Shown here one piece after another: positions 62,992 to 64,000 of a stretch of DNA of 64,000 nt (positions within the stretch are counted from its first letter, which is position 1; each line of letters begins with the position of its first letter). Both the position numbers and the translations under genes were made by a program. The stretch is from a virus (taxonomy: Duplodnaviria > Heunggongvirae > Uroviricota > Caudoviricetes), in the IMG/VR virus record IMGVR_UViG_3300029705_000019, one strand, 5' to 3'. The notes beneath the pieces were generated by a model. The model ran no database searches, was not told where the DNA came from, and worked only from the letters and a program-made list of their open reading frames with translations.

Positions 62992-63144
62992 TGGTGCCCG
63001 TGGAGAGACTTGAACTCTCGACCACATGATTAAAATGGTGCCTGACGGAAGACTCGAACTTCCATTTCTCTTGGTTATTAACCTTGAATTCCTACCATTG
63101 AATGAGTCAGACGTCATGTGCTCTACCAACTGAGCTACACGAGC
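62992..63144 (-). tRNA. tRNA-Lys(TTT) split between C32 and U33 by a 77-nt insert
   Basis: The 5' part (63113-63144, 32 nt) and 3' part (62992-63035, 44 nt) join into a perfect 76-nt cloverleaf with loop CTTTTAA and CCA. Confidence 0.9.
63036..63112 (-). tRNA. Nested tRNA-like element (anticodon AAT, defective anticodon stem)
   Basis: GTCTGAC/GTCAGGC acceptor, ATTC/GAAT D-stem, GGAAG-TTCGAGT-CTTCC T-arm and ACCA end; anticodon stem CAAGG/CCAAG has two A-A mismatches. Confidence 0.85.
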
Positions 63145-63250
63145 ATAAACAGTTGACTCTTTAATCCGCTTCTGTCAGTTAAGATCGTGTTTACATCAAA
63201 CACTCTGCGATAACTTGAGTCATTAAGTTTGTTCCACAACAGAACTTCGA

Positions 63251-63328
63251 TGGTGACGCCTGGGGGATTTGAACCCACCGAATGCAGCCGTGAAAGGGCT
63301 GTGACTTTGACCGCTTGTCGAAGGCGCC
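63251..63328 (-). tRNA. tRNA-Glu(TTC)
   Basis: GGCGCCT/AGGCGTC acceptor, CAGCC-CTTTCAC-GGCTG anticodon arm, TTCAAAT T-loop and CCA. Confidence 0.92.
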
Positions 63329-63905
63329 ATAATATCGGTTTAGTTTTGGCGCAAACCGCTAATTTGTCTAAATCGCACTTCTAAACTTTATCGTTGTTTT
63401 GCATTACTATCCAGTTCCTTAAAGTCTTCGGAATCAAGACTACAGCTTTTCTACCTGTTGACATACGGCAAATGTATGGATTTTCACCACGATTTGTTAT
63501 CAAGGTTTTTCACTTGTTTCCACGTGTTAGGCCTGGTATATATCAACCATTTGACATATCAAGTTTGAAATGTTACGCGAGTGATGTATATTGCAGACCA
63601 GCCCTGGGTAGAGTCGAACTACTCAAATAGCAAGAATTGAACTTGTTATTCACCATCACTCAGCTACTTACCGTTTCACTTTGTAACATTATGTATAAAC
63701 AATCAGATAAACTGATATTGTTTTCGGACGGTACGCCATTATTTATACTCATAAACGTACCAAATGAGTTCGTCAGCATGCAACGAGCGTGTTTCTATTC
63801 CACACAGCAAAGTCACCAGATATTGAGTTTATGTTGTTACTCAACGTCTTGAGCTGTAAGCACAATTCAAAACCCTATTACTGTTATTTCAAAAACCATA
63901 AGCTT

Positions 63906-63969
63906 TGGCTCTCCGTGTTGGGCTCGAACCAACGACACCATACTGCTCTACCGACTGAGCTAACGGAGA
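63906..63969 (-). tRNA. 64-nt tRNA-like gene lacking the anticodon arm (Asn-like body)
   Basis: TCTCCGT/ACGGAGA acceptor, GCTC-AGTCGGTA-GAGC D-arm, GTTGG-TTCGAGC-CCAAC T-arm and GCCA end; only 11 nt lie between the D- and T-stems. Confidence 0.75.
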
Positions 63970-64000
63970 ATATATAAAATAGGCTGTTTCTCAAATTCCA

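Noticed and set aside
63036-63112. Group I intron or archaeal BHB intron in tRNA-Lys
   Set aside because: 77 nt is far too short for a group I core, no bulge-helix-bulge is evident at the junctions, and the insert folds as a tRNA.
62992-63144. Attachment site of an integrated element
   Set aside because: Integration normally duplicates part of the tRNA and restores it. Here neither half is duplicated and no integrase is nearby.
63595-63630. Additional tRNA or tmRNA 3' end (GTTCGACT loop)
   Set aside because: Only a weak T-arm-like hairpin, with no acceptor stem or CCA.

Overview
AT-rich segment of a large tailed phage genome, almost all coded on the minus strand. The host is probably a spore-forming Firmicute (Clostridia-like), inferred from an M23+SLH endolysin, a SleB-type hydrolase and a membrane-anchored LysM protein. 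Layout: (1) 0.4-6 kb fibre/baseplate-type structural genes. (2) 6-20.5 kb acidic proteins with an N-terminal MK(F/I)xxLxE signature resembling T4 capsid-targeted internal head proteins, plus a lysis cassette. (3) 11.6-13.3 kb and 24.9-33.6 kb an array of single-gene cassettes in mixed orientation. Each has its own CGATGTATA promoter-like motif and terminator, and each encodes a variable Ser/Thr/Tyr/Gly-rich protein tagged with a conserved G-Y-V-x-I-(D/N)-G-x-W-x-P-L peptide; the array also holds a 13-aa tag-only minigene, truncated remnants and an empty slot. (4) 33.7-61 kb early-promoter small ORFs plus Tpt1/KptA, YqeY, SleB, a metallophosphoesterase, dCMP deaminase, type IIA topoisomerase B and A subunits, DUF932, a 5'(3')-deoxynucleotidase and a cyclic-phosphate receiver domain. 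(5) 61-64 kb a tRNA cluster with unusual members: a tRNA-Lys(UUU) split exactly at C32/U33 by a complete 77-nt tRNA-like insert, a tRNA lacking its anticodon arm, a toxin-like RNase candidate beside a CPCC protein, and two long ORF-free structured stretches. The top candidates for new biology are the nested tRNA (a tRNA-shaped intron) and the tagged variable-protein cassette array. All family assignments are by eye; no database searches were run.
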